A stretch of DNA of 64,000 nucleotides from Octopus vulgaris (lineage: Eukaryota), in assembly GCA_951406725.2 (NCBI GenBank), contig OX597831.1, forward strand, positions 70,246,001 through 70,310,000, in the 5' to 3' direction. A program made the position numbers and the translations under genes. Every line of letters begins with the position of its first letter. Position 1 is the stretch's first letter. Of the stretch, positions 36,740-50,142 are shown one piece after another. The notes below the pieces were generated by a model. It was not told the DNA's origin. It saw nothing but the letters and a program-made list of their open reading frames with translations, and did no database searches.

Positions 36740-36925
36740 ATTTTTTTCTCTCACCATTTTTTTTTTTCATTCTCTCACCCTTTTTCCCCTCTTAATCCTT
36801 TCTGATGAAGAGCATAGGCTCAAAACATAAAAGACTTTTCCATTCTTCTTGAGCATTAAACTAATACACCTACTTCTTGCTCCTACACCTGTCTTCATCT
36901 TTTGTTTTCTGTAGATTTGAACTAC
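36740..36925 (+). mobile_element. Penelope-like pLTR repeat with hammerhead-like motif
   Basis: cttt-CTGATGA-a-gagc-atag-gctc-aAAAC-aTA-aaag at about 36798-36833. Confidence 0.6.
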
Positions 36926-38546
36926 ACACGCACACACACACACACACAGATAGATAAAATCATAATCCTATAACATGTCCTTCTCTACGCTTGTATGGAT
37001 TAGATGGATTTTTTTTAAAGCAGATTTTCTATAGCCACATCCCTTTCCTGTCGTCAATCCTCACCTGTTCCCAAGCAAGGTAGTATTTCTCCATGACCAA
37101 ACACATTTTTGCAGAATACTGGAAATGAATGCCATTGCTTGTATGTCAGACACAGTCATTTTACTACTATCATGCAATATCAAGAAAAAGAGATACATAC
37201 ACTCACTCTCACACACATACTTATATAAATATACAAGACAGGCTTCTTTCAGTTTTCATTTGCTAAGTTTATTCACTAAGCTTTGGTCAACCTGGGGCTA
37301 CAATAGAAGACACTTGCCCAAGGTGCCACACAGTGGGACTGGATGTGGAATGATATGGTTAGGAAGCAACCTTCTTACAGTTTGCTTCTACTGGAAAGAA
37401 CAGATTCTGTTGTCAGGAAGTCTTTCTAATGCTAATTTGCAATATGCTTCCACATGAATGTTCATGGTTAAAAATGCAATCAGTGGCAGGGGCTTATAAT
37501 GTTTTAGTGAGAAGTCTTGAAAATGAAATCTTTAAAACTGAAATCTTTCAAAAGGTATCATTAAATTGGTGTGAACAATGGATTAACAACTCATTATATT
37601 AATTAATTAGTCCAAACTTACATCTCACGATTTCAAGTACCTCTATACAGCATAAATTACATCAGCTCTAACCCCTTAACTCTTTTAAACTGAACTGCTA
37701 TCCTATACAATTATATAAAGGGAGTAAAGCAGTCGTAATTTATGATGCACGGAAGCATTTAAAATTCTAAAATCTAGGTCTAGACTAATTAATAAATATA
37801 ATGAGTTCTTGATGTATTGTTTACCCCAATTTAATGTAATCCTTTTACAAATTCCATTTAGCTCGTTATGAAATTAGATACATGCGTCTATTGACTGCAT
37901 TTCAGTTTTCACTGCTTCTATCATTCTTCTCTCATCTTTCCATGCTTGTAGTCCTTCAACCCTTTTATCCTTTTTAAAAGTAATCGATCCCTTTCTAGAA
38001 TATTAATCATCCACGTATCTTACTGATTACCATTTCAATCTTTTAACTTTCTTGTTTAGCTATTTACTGATTCAGTACATTCTAATAATTTTACTATATT
38101 ACCATCTTATTTATATTTTATTATACATGCATACATGCATGTGCACATGCATATTTATATACATATGTTCAAGCATGCTTATATACACATGTACATATAA
38201 ATGAATATGTATGTGTGTGTACATGTATGTGTGTGCATGTGAATGTGCACATGTTCGTTCATATTTGTGAGGGCATGTGTGCACTCATATACAGATGTGC
38301 ATACTTGCATCAATACAGACATGAACACAAACCCATATGAGCACGTCCACACACCCACATATACAACTAAAATCTTTGCAAACACTGCTTCTTCTCACTT
38401 CCCCTCCAACAACTCAATTTCCTGTCTGCCACGTGGTTGAGTTCCTGTTCACCCTGCAGTATTCTCCAACTAAATGTTGAAGACTGAAGACTAGCATCAT
38501 GCTTAAAACTTGGAGTACCAATGAATTTGAATGAAACTGCTTTGAT

Positions 38547-38581
<35 letters not shown>

Positions 38582-38604
38582 ATACACACACACATATATA
38601 TATG

Positions 38605-38717
<113 letters not shown>

Positions 38718-38735
38718 ATATAATATATATATACA

Positions 38736-39590
38736 CAGGTTGCAGTGAATACACTATTGTCTCAATTATGCAAAAATGAAAATAACACTGACATCTCATT
38801 TTAACAGATATATTTACCAAAATTACATCAAAATATCTAGAAATACTAATCAGTAAATTTAATAAAATCACCATTTAATAAAATCAACAACAACCTCCAG
38901 ATGACTTTGGAATCTCTTGCAACTCTTCTGGATGGTTTCCTTGTTTAAGTTGGTGAATGCTGCCATAATCCTTGCCTTCATCATTGGTGTTACAAGGAGT
39001 TTTGTTTGTCTCTCACTCAACTGCGTCCCACACATAAGAATCAAGAGGGGGGGGTGCAGTCTGGGGAGTTAGGTGGCCAGATGTTAGGGGTGACACGGTT
39101 GCCACAATTATCTGACAGCTATGACTGGGTTCTCCTGTTTGATGCAGATTTCTGTTGCCAAAGATAGGGTCTTCCAGCAGTCATCCTCTTGACTCAAAGC
39201 AGCACTACCTCTTCCAGGCACTTGATGTAGGCTTCCATGCTGAGTTTGAGGGAAGATGAATGGAAGCATAACAGCATCATCAATAGTGATCACTCCAAAC
39301 ACTGTGATGTTGACTGGATGTTTGATTTTTATCACTCTCAGTACATGTCTTCAGTTAGACACCCAAGCACTTTGAAATGTTGATATTGGAGCTTCAGGAA
39401 TGAACGCCAAGCATTACAGCATGTTGTTACCAAATTTCTGGCAGAGTGAATTGCGTCTTGGAGCTGTTGTTCTCATATGCAGTGCCCAACTAACTCTACT
39501 ATACTGTGTAGTTGACAAAATAAAGAACAAACAATGCACATGTGTGGAATCAAAAATATAAAATGGCGACAATTTACCCATCACTCCCTG
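38736..39590 (-). mobile_element. Tc1/mariner-superfamily (maT/DD37D-like) element, deleted
   Basis: KHPVNITVFGVIT.D..VMLPFIF; WPPNSPDC.PLD.YVW.AVE; minus-strand start TA|cagggagtgatgggtaaattgtc. Confidence 0.75.
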
Positions 39591-39635
39591 TATTCACTGC
39601 ATATTCACTGTATATATATACAAACATATATATAC

Positions 39636-39669
<34 letters not shown>

Positions 39670-39672
<3 letters not shown>

Positions 39673-40628
39673 GAAAGAAGGTTTGAAAATGCAATTTTAA
39701 AAATGTTTATTTACTTTACTGGTTTCACTCTTTGGAAAAAGATTGTCAAAAGTAACATGTAGAAGTTTGGTTGCGTTAATTATTGGTTGTTACAAATTGC
39801 TACATTACATATATACAGTCTTTGGTAACAGGGACATATTAAGGACATAAAAAAGTTTAGCAAGTTCCTTGAAATATTGGGCACAAAAGACTACTACATA
39901 AATAATCATTCTCAAGGACATGCTTGAAGGAGAGACAAAAAGGGTAAATTCTTTTCAGTTCCACATTACTCCTCCTTTCCCCCAACCAAACACACCTACT
40001 GTGTCCCTTGAAATAGATAATATTCTTTTATGTTACCATGGTGGACAGGTCAGTTTTAGCTTCACTACTATTATAATGTAAACCTTTTTGAACTCATAAT
40101 ATTCTGTACGTGTATACCAATATTTACTGAACTTTTTTAATAATTCCTTCTGGAAATTATCTTGAGAATGTATAATATATTTGTTGTAATCTTTTGTGCC
40201 CATTATTTCAATGAGCTTGTTAAACTCTTTTCTATTCTCAACATGCTCTTGTCACCAAAGAATGTATATTTATATGGATTATAGTTCTCTGTGTCAACCA
40301 ATATTCTGTGCATGTTTGAATATACAGATGCAATACCAATACCAATATCAATTCCTTCTGGAAACTATCTTAAGCATGTCCTTGAGAATGATTATTTATG
40401 TAGTAGTCTTTTGTGCCCAATATTTCAAGGAACTTGCTAAACTTTTTTATGTCCTTAACATGTCCCTGTTACCAAAGACTGTATATATGTAATGTAGCAA
40501 TTTGTAACAACCAATAATTAATGCAACCAAACTTCTACATGTTACTTTTGACAATCTTTTTCCAAAGAGTGAAACCGGTAAAGTAAATAAACATTTTTAA
40601 AATTGCATTTTCAAACCTTCTTTTGTAT
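39670..40628. mobile_element. Penelope-like inverted-repeat structure (~255-bp arms) with variant hammerheads
   Basis: 39670-39925 is the reverse complement of 40372-40628 with few mismatches. Confidence 0.75.
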
Positions 40629-40679
40629 ATAATTCCACTCGTGCGGTACCCTACAACTCCAATTTGTTATATATATATA

Positions 40680-41310
40680 TGGCCTGTGCCAGGGGCGTAA
40701 CCAGCCCACTTGTGCATACCTTTTCCTTCTTTGGACACTAAACTCTGCTTGCGAAGACTTGTTGAGACAAGTGAAGTCAAAATCAAAATCAAAGTGAAAT
40801 TAGATGACGGGCAAGAGCACCATACGAGCGTGGTCGTTGACAGAGCGGCTAACCGGCTTCCATGCCAGTGGCACATAAAAGGCGCCATTCAAGTGTGATC
40901 GTTGCCAGCTTCGCCTTACTGGCACTTGTGCACCGTGCTAGCAGGGTGCTAAGAGCACCATCCGAGCATGATCATTCCCAGAGCGGCTAACTGGCTTCCA
41001 TGCCGGTGGCATATAGGAGGCACCATTTGAGCGGGATCGTTACCAGCATCACCTTACTGGCACCTGTGCTGTTGGCATGTGTAAAAAATTCGCGCGAGGT
41101 CATTGCCAGTACCGCCTGACTGGGCACATAAAAGCACCCACTACACTCTCAGAGTGGTTGGCGTTAGGAAGGGCATCCAACTGTAGAAACTCTGCCAGAT
41201 CAAGACTGGAGTCTGGTGCAGCCATCTGGTTCACCAGCCCGCAGTCAAACCATCCAACCCAAGCTAGCATGGAAAGCAGATGTTAAACGATGATGATGAT
41301 GATGATGATG
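40680..41310 (+). mobile_element. RTE-associated SINE-like element with tandem units
   Basis: Same tail as 3805-4260 with more internal units. Confidence 0.75.
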
Positions 41311-41399
41311 ATATATATATATATCATCTTCACAAATATTTTCTCCAGAATTATTTGCTCCGTATATATTAAATATATATATATATATGAATATATATA

Positions 41400-41440
<41 letters not shown>

Positions 41441-42619
41441 GCACACATATATATATATACCTGTATCTATACCATACTTCATTTGAAATACTTATCAGCT
41501 AATTGTCTTATAAATGATATAAATAATATATTATTGTGTCTCTAATAGATTATGTCTTCAATTTTCTTTCCATAGTTTATCAGTCAATTTTCTTACTAGT
41601 AATTTAAATTTTATGTCTTTCATTTCTTTCTTACTTTCAGTAAAAGATGCATTAACAGAATAAAAATAATATTATAGATTGATAGATATGAAATGTTTGT
41701 TTCAGCAGAGAGCAATTAAATTCACTAAAGTACATATGTTGAGTGATTACATTAAAAAATATAGTGCAATAAAAGCTATACTCTTTGCCATTCTCATCCC
41801 CATTAACCAATATACCTGACAATGACATCACTGCCACTTTAACAGCTATAACAGTTCTCCATAGAAAAGAAATGGAAAGAAAGAAAAAAACCGAGGTGAC
41901 TGAAATTATAAAGATGAATTCTAAAGCTTTCAACAAATTTGCAAAAGAATCTGCCCCACAATAAAATTGTGTCTGAAGAAAAGAACTCACTAAGTGGCAG
42001 AGCCTGTGAGAATAAGTGAAATACCAAATAAAGAACTCAAGCTGGTTTTCACTTCATCACTGGGAGATATGTAAATAAGCAAGCCTGTAGATCAAGATAA
42101 AAAAAAGTATCAACCATTGATTACATCAACATAAACAGCAACTGTTGAGATGAAGTGAATCTCAGCAATGGCCACAAATGGATTGCCAGCTATTCTTTTA
42201 AAGGCTTGCAAGAAAGCTCTCACAAAACCACTGCAGGTACTCTTTCAGAGTTTCCTTCCATGTGACAAACTCACCAAAAAGTCAAAAGAATGTATAAGTA
42301 TGTCCAATCCAAAGAGGAAGAATAGGAAGAGATATTATGAATTACAGGCTTTTCACTTCAAACTTACATGTTAGCCAAATCGTGGAATGCATAGTCAGAA
42401 GGAGGTTGAACACATTCTTGGAAGAAGATTTCTTGCCCACAAACACACAACATGGCTTCTATCCAAGGAGGATTTGCTGTCACAGTTACCCCACTGTTTT
42501 GAGTGGGTATTGAAACAACAGCTCAACCACTCAAATGTGGGTGTGATATATCCTAACCAAGACCTTCAACAAAGTTAATCATAGGATGATATGTCACAGC
42601 CAACATGTACTTGATATTT

Positions 42620-42841
42620 CTGGCAGAAACGTTAGCATGCCAGGCAAAGTGCTTAGCGGTATTTCATCTGCTGTTACGTTCTGAGTTTAAATTCTGACGA
42701 GGTTGACTTTGCCTTTCATCCTTTCGGGGTCAATAAATTACGTACCAGTTACGCACTGGGGTCGATATAATCGACTTAATCCATTTGTCTGTTCTTGTTT
42801 GTCCTCTCTGTGTTTAGCCCCTTGTTGGTAGTAAAGAAATA
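42620..42841 (+). mobile_element. SINE family B
   Basis: ctggcagaaacgttagc...gtaaagaaata. Confidence 0.9.
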
Positions 42842-43541
42842 GGTATTGCTTGAAAACTAGGATAGTGGATGCATGACATTTTTAAAAGGTAGAAGTCAGA
42901 CAGTTCCAGCCAGTGGTGCTCTCTGTAAGGGGAGGAGGACATCAATTTCCAGCAGAGTCCTTCAGAGAACTGTACTGGGACCGCTACAGTTTGTAGTGGC
43001 TCTCTCAGACATGCCTCACTCATACAGTCAGCAACTCTCACTAGATGATACAAAGCAGTCAGAGACTCTGATGACATCCTAAAACTGCAGAAAGACCTAA
43101 ATGCTGTATACAAATGGGTGGATGAAAATAGCATGCAGTTCAATGCTGGAAATATTCCAGCACTCTAATTAGCCCACAAATAGATAGCAATCTGGCTTCA
43201 CTGGATCAGCGGTTAGTGAATCCCAGAGTCAATGTATGACCTGAGGATCCACATTTACAATGATTCATCATTCCATGTGCATATTACTAAGATGGCAACG
43301 CTGTGCAGGTAAGGGGTTGGATGGATTCTGAGATAATTCAGAACCAGGTAAAGGATCCCATGCTATTCTTACATTTCTCCTCAGTTACTTAGATAACTGC
43401 TCCCAACTGTGGTTGTTGCAAAGTGTCCAACTGATAGTAGAATTCAAGGCAATCCAATGCCACAACTGAAAGAAATTTTATTCCATGCAACAGATGAGTT
43501 GCTGGGAGAGACTAAAAGAACTGAGACTCTACTTTCTAGAA

Positions 43542-43739
43542 CAGTGATTGCAAAAATTTTTAGAGTCGCGACCCACTATTTATAACACCTGTTTATGACG
43601 ACCCACTTATAAGTCTTGAACTATCTCAATAGACAGAAGTTAATCAAAGCTAATGCGTAATTTTATAACATTTTGTGACCCACTAAGATTCCGTTTGCAA
43701 CCCACAGATGGGTCGCGAATCATAGTTTGGGAACCACTG
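43542..43739. mobile_element. hAT/Charlie-type MITE (198 bp)
   Basis: CAGTG...CACTG termini; 8-bp TSD ttctagaa/ttctagag fits the Charlie NTCTAGAN preference; removing it restores LRLYFLEKR. Confidence 0.88.
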
Positions 43740-44293
43740 TTCTAGAGAAAAGACATGAGATCCTGGAAGGTGTCACTTCCAACTCTGGAGCTGAAAGTTA
43801 TATCAACCACCAAACAGGATGCCACTACATTGCACCAAAGATCTTGTCCTTGCCATCTAGAGAATGGACATAATACTGTAACAGTTTAGGTTTCAAAGAC
43901 CCAAAGCTTTTCAACACTCTGCCAAACAACCTCAGAGATCTGAAAGGTGTAGATGCAGATGTTTTCAAAGATCATATGGACAAATTATTATCTGATGTCC
44001 CAGATGAACCCACATCATGGTAGAAAATGTGAAGGAGAGCAACTCTGTCCTACTCACTACTCCACTAGAAACAATTCTGGAAAGAAAGAGCTGAAGTGAG
44101 CATGAAATGAAAAGTAATCACACTAAAGGTGATGCCCCAGCATGACCACAACCTTAGGCTAAAACCAGTAAAAGTAATAAGTTAATAAAAAGTAAAAAGT
44201 GAACAATAATAACAACATTAATAATAATAGAAATAATAACAGTTTCAAATTTTGGTACAAGGCCAGTAATTGTGGTGAAGTAAGTAAATTGAT

Positions 44294-44683
44294 AACCTGG
44301 ACGTTATCAAAGAAGCTTGAGAGGCGGTTGGATGGAACCTACACTCGCCTCCTTATGAGAGCTCAAAATCTCTTGTGGAGGCGCCATCTAACCAAAATGC
44401 AAATATATGGGAAACTATCACTTGTGTCATTTCTTGTGAAAGGTAGGAGAGTCCAGTTTGCTGGACATTGTTGTAGAGCTGAAAAAGAGGTAATTTCTAC
44501 TCTTCTCCTCTGGAAGCCATCTGCTTGCGATGCCAGAGGGCGCACACTCTCCTACTCTGATGTAATCTCCAGGGATACATGCATCCAGCAACAGGACCTC
44601 CGTAATGCCATGATGGACCGTGAAGTCTGGCGTAGCATGGTAAATTCCATTGTCTCGACCATGGTCGAACAATGATGATGATG
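44294..44683 (+). mobile_element. RTE-clade LINE 3' fragment
   Basis: WTLSKKLERRLDG..RRVQFAGHCCR..AMMDREVWR; (TGA)n tail; 12-bp TSD aagtaaattgat. Confidence 0.88.
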
Positions 44684-44699
44684 AAGTAAATTGATTATA

Positions 44700-46127
44700 T
44701 CAAGTTGTCCAGAAAGTTCTGAGCATTTTCAAGCTGAATCTTTTGATGCTTCATTGAACACACCTGAACAACACAGTTAAAACTTTGGCCTTGCCTGAAG
44801 TGGTGGTGCATTTTTTTCTTTGTTCCTGACTAAAAATAGATTTATTTTTCATTCTGGTTACCCTTTATTGACATTTGAAATAGATAACCAAAAATTTCAT
44901 ATTCTTGTAGTAATGCTTTTCTTTTTTAAAAAAAGGAGAACATGCTGCCAAGACATTTGTGAAGTTTATGGTGAATGATGCTGTAGGTGAATCAACTGTT
45001 CAAAGCTGGTTTGCAAAATTTAAAGCTGGAGAGTTTAGTTTGGAAGATGACAGTTGCAGTGGAAGACCTTCAAAATTGGATGAAGATGTTTTGAAGGCAA
45101 AAATCGAAGAAAACTCAAATATCATAACCAGAGAACTTGGAAGTTTAGCACACCAACTGAAATGCTTAGCAGTATTTCTTCTGTCTTTACATTCTGAGTT
45201 CAAATTCTGCCAAGGTCAACTTTGCTTTTCATCCTTTTGGGGTCGATAAATTAAGTACCAGTTTCATACTGGGGTCGATCTAATTGACCGGCTCCTTCCC
45301 CACCAAATTTCAGGCCTTATACCTTGAGTAAAAAAAGAAAGTATGGATCATGAACACCTAGTGAAGCTATAATGTATGGGTCTCTCACAAACTCTCAGAA
45401 AAGAATTGCTTGGACTGGTATTCTGTTTGTAATATGCTTTTGAAATGGAATGAAAGCATGCCTTTTTTGAAACAATTTGTAACTGGAGATGAAAAATGAA
45501 TTGTGTATGAAAACGTAGGGCAAAAAGATCCTGGAGTTTGCATAAGGATTCCATAAAACAACAACCAAAGATGACTATTCGTGCCAAAAAAGATATGCTT
45601 TGTGTCTGGTGAGATCCTAAAGGCATTATTTATTATAAGCTTCTACCACAATACCATACTATTAATTCTGATGTGTACTGTCATCAGCTGGCTAATTTGA
45701 ACAAAAAATCAAAGAATTGAGGCCGGAAATTGCCTACAGGTAAGGGATAGTGTTTAAACAAGACAAAGCCTAACCACACATGTCTTTGGCTACCTGAACA
45801 AAGTTACATGAGCATGACTGAAATCTCTTACCCCCTCCACCATATTCTCATGGTATTGCATCATCCAACTACTACTTGCAAGGAAAAAAATCATTGCAAA
45901 GAAAAATATTTAATGATTTAGATGGAGTTAAAATGCATCTAGATAAAAAATTTTATTCAAAACCAGTCACATTTTATGCTGATAGAATATTTTAATTGCC
46001 TGATAGATGGGCAAAGGTTATTAATAATAATGAAAATTATTACATTGAATAAAATTTATTGAAAGGTCAATTATTTATATCCCTTTTAGCATATTAAAAT
46101 GTGTTCAGAACTTTTTAGACAACCTAA
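44700..46127 (+). mobile_element. mariner transposon, pseudogenised, with SINE B at ~45140-45335
   Basis: TVQSWFAKFKAGEFSLEDDSCSGRP; TGDEK; PPYS-like motif; TIRs TA|tcaagttgtccagaaagttctga and tcagaactttttagacaacctaa|TA. Confidence 0.9.
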
Positions 46128-46444
46128 TATAAACTCCAATACTCAATTGGTATTTATTGGATCAATCCCAAAACGATGGAAGGTAAAGTCAAGCTCTGTG
46201 GAATTTGAACTCAGAATGTAAAGAGCCAGAAGAAGTTCTGATAAAGGTTTCTTTTCTGATGCTCTAATGACTGTGCCACCTTGCTGCTTTTGTGAGCCTG
46301 ATAAACTAAAGTGACAGTGAAATGTTGGGATTGATATAATTTGAATGCAGAATGTCAGCAGAATTTGAACTCCAAATGTAAAGATAGACAAAATGCTACT
46401 GAGCATTTTCCCCAGTGTGCTTAAGATTCTGTTAGCTTACTGCC

Positions 46445-46489
<45 letters not shown>

Positions 46490-46988
46490 TGGAAGTGTTA
46501 TCATGTACATTGTTTTGTCTAGGTATAAAAGATGGGCTACAGCAAATATTCTACTCAATACCACAGATTTGCTTGTCAGTTGTTTGACCTTAACCAGTTG
46601 AGCATGTCCTTTAGTGGCTGACGATATGTGCATCTCTGATCATGAGCAGAAGTAGTGGGGGAGCATCATATCCATGTGTTGAGAGGGATTCTTTGGGGGT
46701 TTGAATAATTCACCTCTGGAAACATGGGTGTTTTGTTCAACATCCTTAATCAACCCTTATTCAAGGACCTTTTGAGTGGGATGGATTACTCAACCAGAAG
46801 AAAATTCTAACTGGGCCCCACCTGCAAGGTCATGTGCTATTTATCTTGATATGAGATCACCATGTCGTGCACACATGGTTGTGATGCATGTGCCTAGTGT
46901 ACCCTTATCAGACGTGTAGTCATGATGGGTATATTGGGCTTCGTATATTTTACCCCAGTGTCACTTTGATGGCACTGCTCTCTCACTC
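46490..46988 (+). mobile_element. ~555-bp (TAA)n-associated element, copy 6 (opposite orientation, truncated)
   Basis: Reverse complement of copies 1-5; flanked by (AAT)n. Confidence 0.88.
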
Positions 46989-47029
46989 AATAATAATAAT
47001 AAAGATGATGATGATGATGATGATGATGA

Positions 47030-47260
47030 TCCTTTCTACTATAGAGACAAGGCCTGAAATTTGGTGGGAGGGGACTAGTTGATTACATCAACCCCAATGC
47101 TTTACTGATACTTAATTTATTGACCCCGAAAGGATGGAAAGCAAAGACAACCTTGACAGAATTTGAACTCAGAACATAGTGATGGATGAAATGGATGAAA
47201 TGGATGAAATACTGCTAGGCATTTCATCCAGTGTGCTGACAATTCTGCCAGTTCACCACC

Positions 47261-47262
<2 letters not shown>
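47030..47262 (-). mobile_element. SINE family B variant
   Basis: gaccccgaaaggatg...gaatttgaactcag...ttctgccagttcaccacc. Confidence 0.75.
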
Positions 47263-47300
<38 letters not shown>

Positions 47301-47330
47301 TGATGATGATGATGACGATGATGGTGATGG

Positions 47331-47362
<32 letters not shown>

Positions 47363-47375
47363 CAGAGGAGCATAC

Positions 47376-47417
<42 letters not shown>

Positions 47418-48579
47418 TAATTTTAATCTTATTATTAAGAAATACCTAGTAGTATTTGTTCCAGTTGTTTGCATTTGGAGTTGAAATCCCACTGAGATAA
47501 TTTGTCCATGCTCTTACCAAAATAGTTGTGTATCACTGAAGTCACACCAACTACTAACAGAAGTATTGGCTGATACCTTAACTGGCACAATGCTTTTAGT
47601 TCGATAGACAGTTTGGGTAATTCTTTAGCTTTCCAGTTTGCTTTTGCACAATCAACGTCTTCCCCATCATCATCATCATCCTTATGAACAACAGCAGCAG
47701 CAATAGCAACAACAACAACAACAACAACAACAATGACAGCAACGAGAACAAAAAAATCTTATTAAATATATTCCAACCACGGAAAAGAAAATTTTAACAA
47801 AAAAAAAAAGAAAAGAAATGAAGATATAAAAAAAGCAAGGTTACCAAAAAATTTCAAAGAGTCTCTTTGTGTGAGATTATCTTCTGCTAAACTTATTTTT
47901 CCGAGAACATAGAAGGAAAATGAAGTCAAGCATTCACATGATGTATTAATAAGATAAGGGCAATGTTGTATCATTTCTTACCAATATTTCTTTTCTTTTC
48001 TTCTTTCGAACACAATTGATTTAAGCAGTCTTTATAACACACAGTCTATTTCTCACCAGTCTACTAATAACTGGCACTATTATTATATTCTAGGGATACC
48101 ATCTTGCTACAATTTACAAACTCAACTAGCTATCTCTCGGCAATTTCTGGTTCCACATGACATTGGTGAGAATTTTTTCCTGTTGAAAGATTAAATGGGT
48201 AGAATTAAAGCTGGTTAAATGAGAAAATATCACAATGCATTGTCGTCTGTCTGCATGAGATGCATTAATTTGTTAAAGAATTTATTTTTTTTTATTTTCT
48301 TATCTTAGAATGCTTTCATACTTAAACGCAAACATGTACACACACACACACACACACATTCTTGTATTCTCTTACTTGTTTCAGTCATTAGACTGCAGCC
48401 ACGCAAGAAAGAAGTAAGAAGTGAACAATTTTAGTGAAACAAATCAACCCTATTACTGATTTTTTAAGCCTGGTACTTATTTTATTGGTCTCTTTTGCTG
48501 AACAACTAAGTTACAGGGATGTAAACACATCCACAGAGTGTCAAATATTGTAATACACACATCATTATCCTCCTCCTCC

Positions 48580-49775
48580 TCATCATCATCGTTTAACGTC
48601 CGCTTTCCATGCTAGCATGGGTTGGACAGTTTGACTGAGGGCTGGCGAACCAGAAGGCTGCACCAGGATTCAGTCTTGATCTGGCAGAGTTTCTACAGCT
48701 GGATGCCCTTCCTAATGCCAACCACTCCGAGAGTGTAGTGGGTGCTTTTACGTGCCACCGGCATGGGGGTCAGTCAGGTGGTACTGGCAATGACTTCATG
48801 TACGTACATAGATATATGATGGCATCTTTCCGTTTCCCTCCACCAAATTCCCACACAAGGCTTTGCTCAGTCTGAAGCTTGCCCAAGGTACCATGCAATG
48901 GGACTGAACCTGGAATCATGAGTTTGGGAAACAAGCTTCTTATCACACATCCACGTGTGCTCCCATGTTGATTCACCAAGGAGGGCACCAGTATAGTCAC
49001 AGTCTAACGACTGAAACGAGTGGAAGAAAGATTATATGCCATTCATTGGACAATAAACCTTACTTGTGAAGACCTATTGAGGCAAGTGAAATTAAAATCA
49101 AAATTACTGACATGGCTGATGACAGTACTGCCTGATTGGCACTCATGGCAGTGGAATGTTAAAAGCACATCCGAACGTGGGGCGTGACCAACCCACTTAT
49201 GAATACCCTCATTCATTGGACAATGAACTTTCCTTGTGAACACTTATTGAGGCAAGTGTAAACAAATCAAAATCGCTCACGTGGCCAATGACAGTACCGC
49301 CTGATTGGCACTCGTTCCAGTGGAACGTTAAAAGCATATCCAAGCGTGATTGTTCCCAGAGCCACGGATTGGCTCATGTGCTAGTGACACGAGAAAAACA
49401 CCATTTGAGTGTGATTATTGCCAGCATTTCCTTACCAGTACATGTGCCAATGGCACGTGAAAAACAACATTTGAGCGTGGTTGTTGCCAGTGCCACCGGA
49501 CTGGCTCCAGTGCAGGTAGCACATAAAAACACCTTTTGAGCATGGTCATTGCCAGAACTGCCTGATTGGCCCTCATGCTGGTGGCATGTAAAAAGCACCC
49601 ACTACACTCTCAGGGTGGTTGGCATTAAGAAGGGAATTCAGTTGTAGAGACTTTGCCTGATCAGATTGAGCCTGGTACAGCTTCTGGCTCACCAGTCCTC
49701 AGTCAAACTGTCCAACCCATGCCAGCATGGAAACCAGACATTAAACGATGATGCTGATGATGATGATGATGATGA
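48580..49775. mobile_element. Two RTE-associated SINE-like copies (48580-48795 minus; ~48960-49775 plus) in and beside a degraded SINE A
   Basis: Shared ggaagggcatccagctgtag motif and (TGA)n tails. Confidence 0.7.
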
Positions 49776-49919
49776 TATGCAGCTATATATGTGATATAAT
49801 AATGTCAAGATTAATTTTTTCGCTAGGTATATATTATATACATATTGAAAGTATTAATAGTGAAAGTATTAAACTGAAAGTATTATCTCACTTTACAATA
49901 GAGATGTTATTATTTCACT

Positions 49920-50142
49920 TTTGACACATAATACTGAAATAGTGTAAGAGATAAGAGATTGCTCCAGACTTGCATTAGACAAGAAGTTGAACATTTTTTG
50001 GGCCCATGACATTGCATGGAGCCTAAGTAAGGCATGTTTAAAATTTGAATGAAATCAGTTGCGTAGTTCTCGAGTTTTAGTGATGCACACATACAGACAG
50101 ATAAACAGACACACATTCTCAGTTTTATATGTATATAGAGAT
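49920..50142 (-). mobile_element. Probable Helitron 5' portion
   Basis: Minus strand a|TCtctatatacatataaaactgagaatgtgtgtctg..., a typical non-autonomous Helitron start; no 3' hairpin seen. Confidence 0.45.

Larger units (their letters stand above)
42100..44195 (+). mobile_element. Degraded CR1/L2-group LINE (RT region to 3' tail) with nested SINE and hAT MITE
   Basis: GLPAILLKACKKALTKPL; QRTVLGPL; LQKDLNAVYKW; LKELRLYFLEKR; PKLFNTLP. Confidence 0.85.

Noticed and set aside
36006-36770. 254-aa ORF with poly-T/I fused to an RT domain
   Set aside because: The N-terminal half is microsatellite read-through into a 5'-truncated LINE, not a fusion gene.
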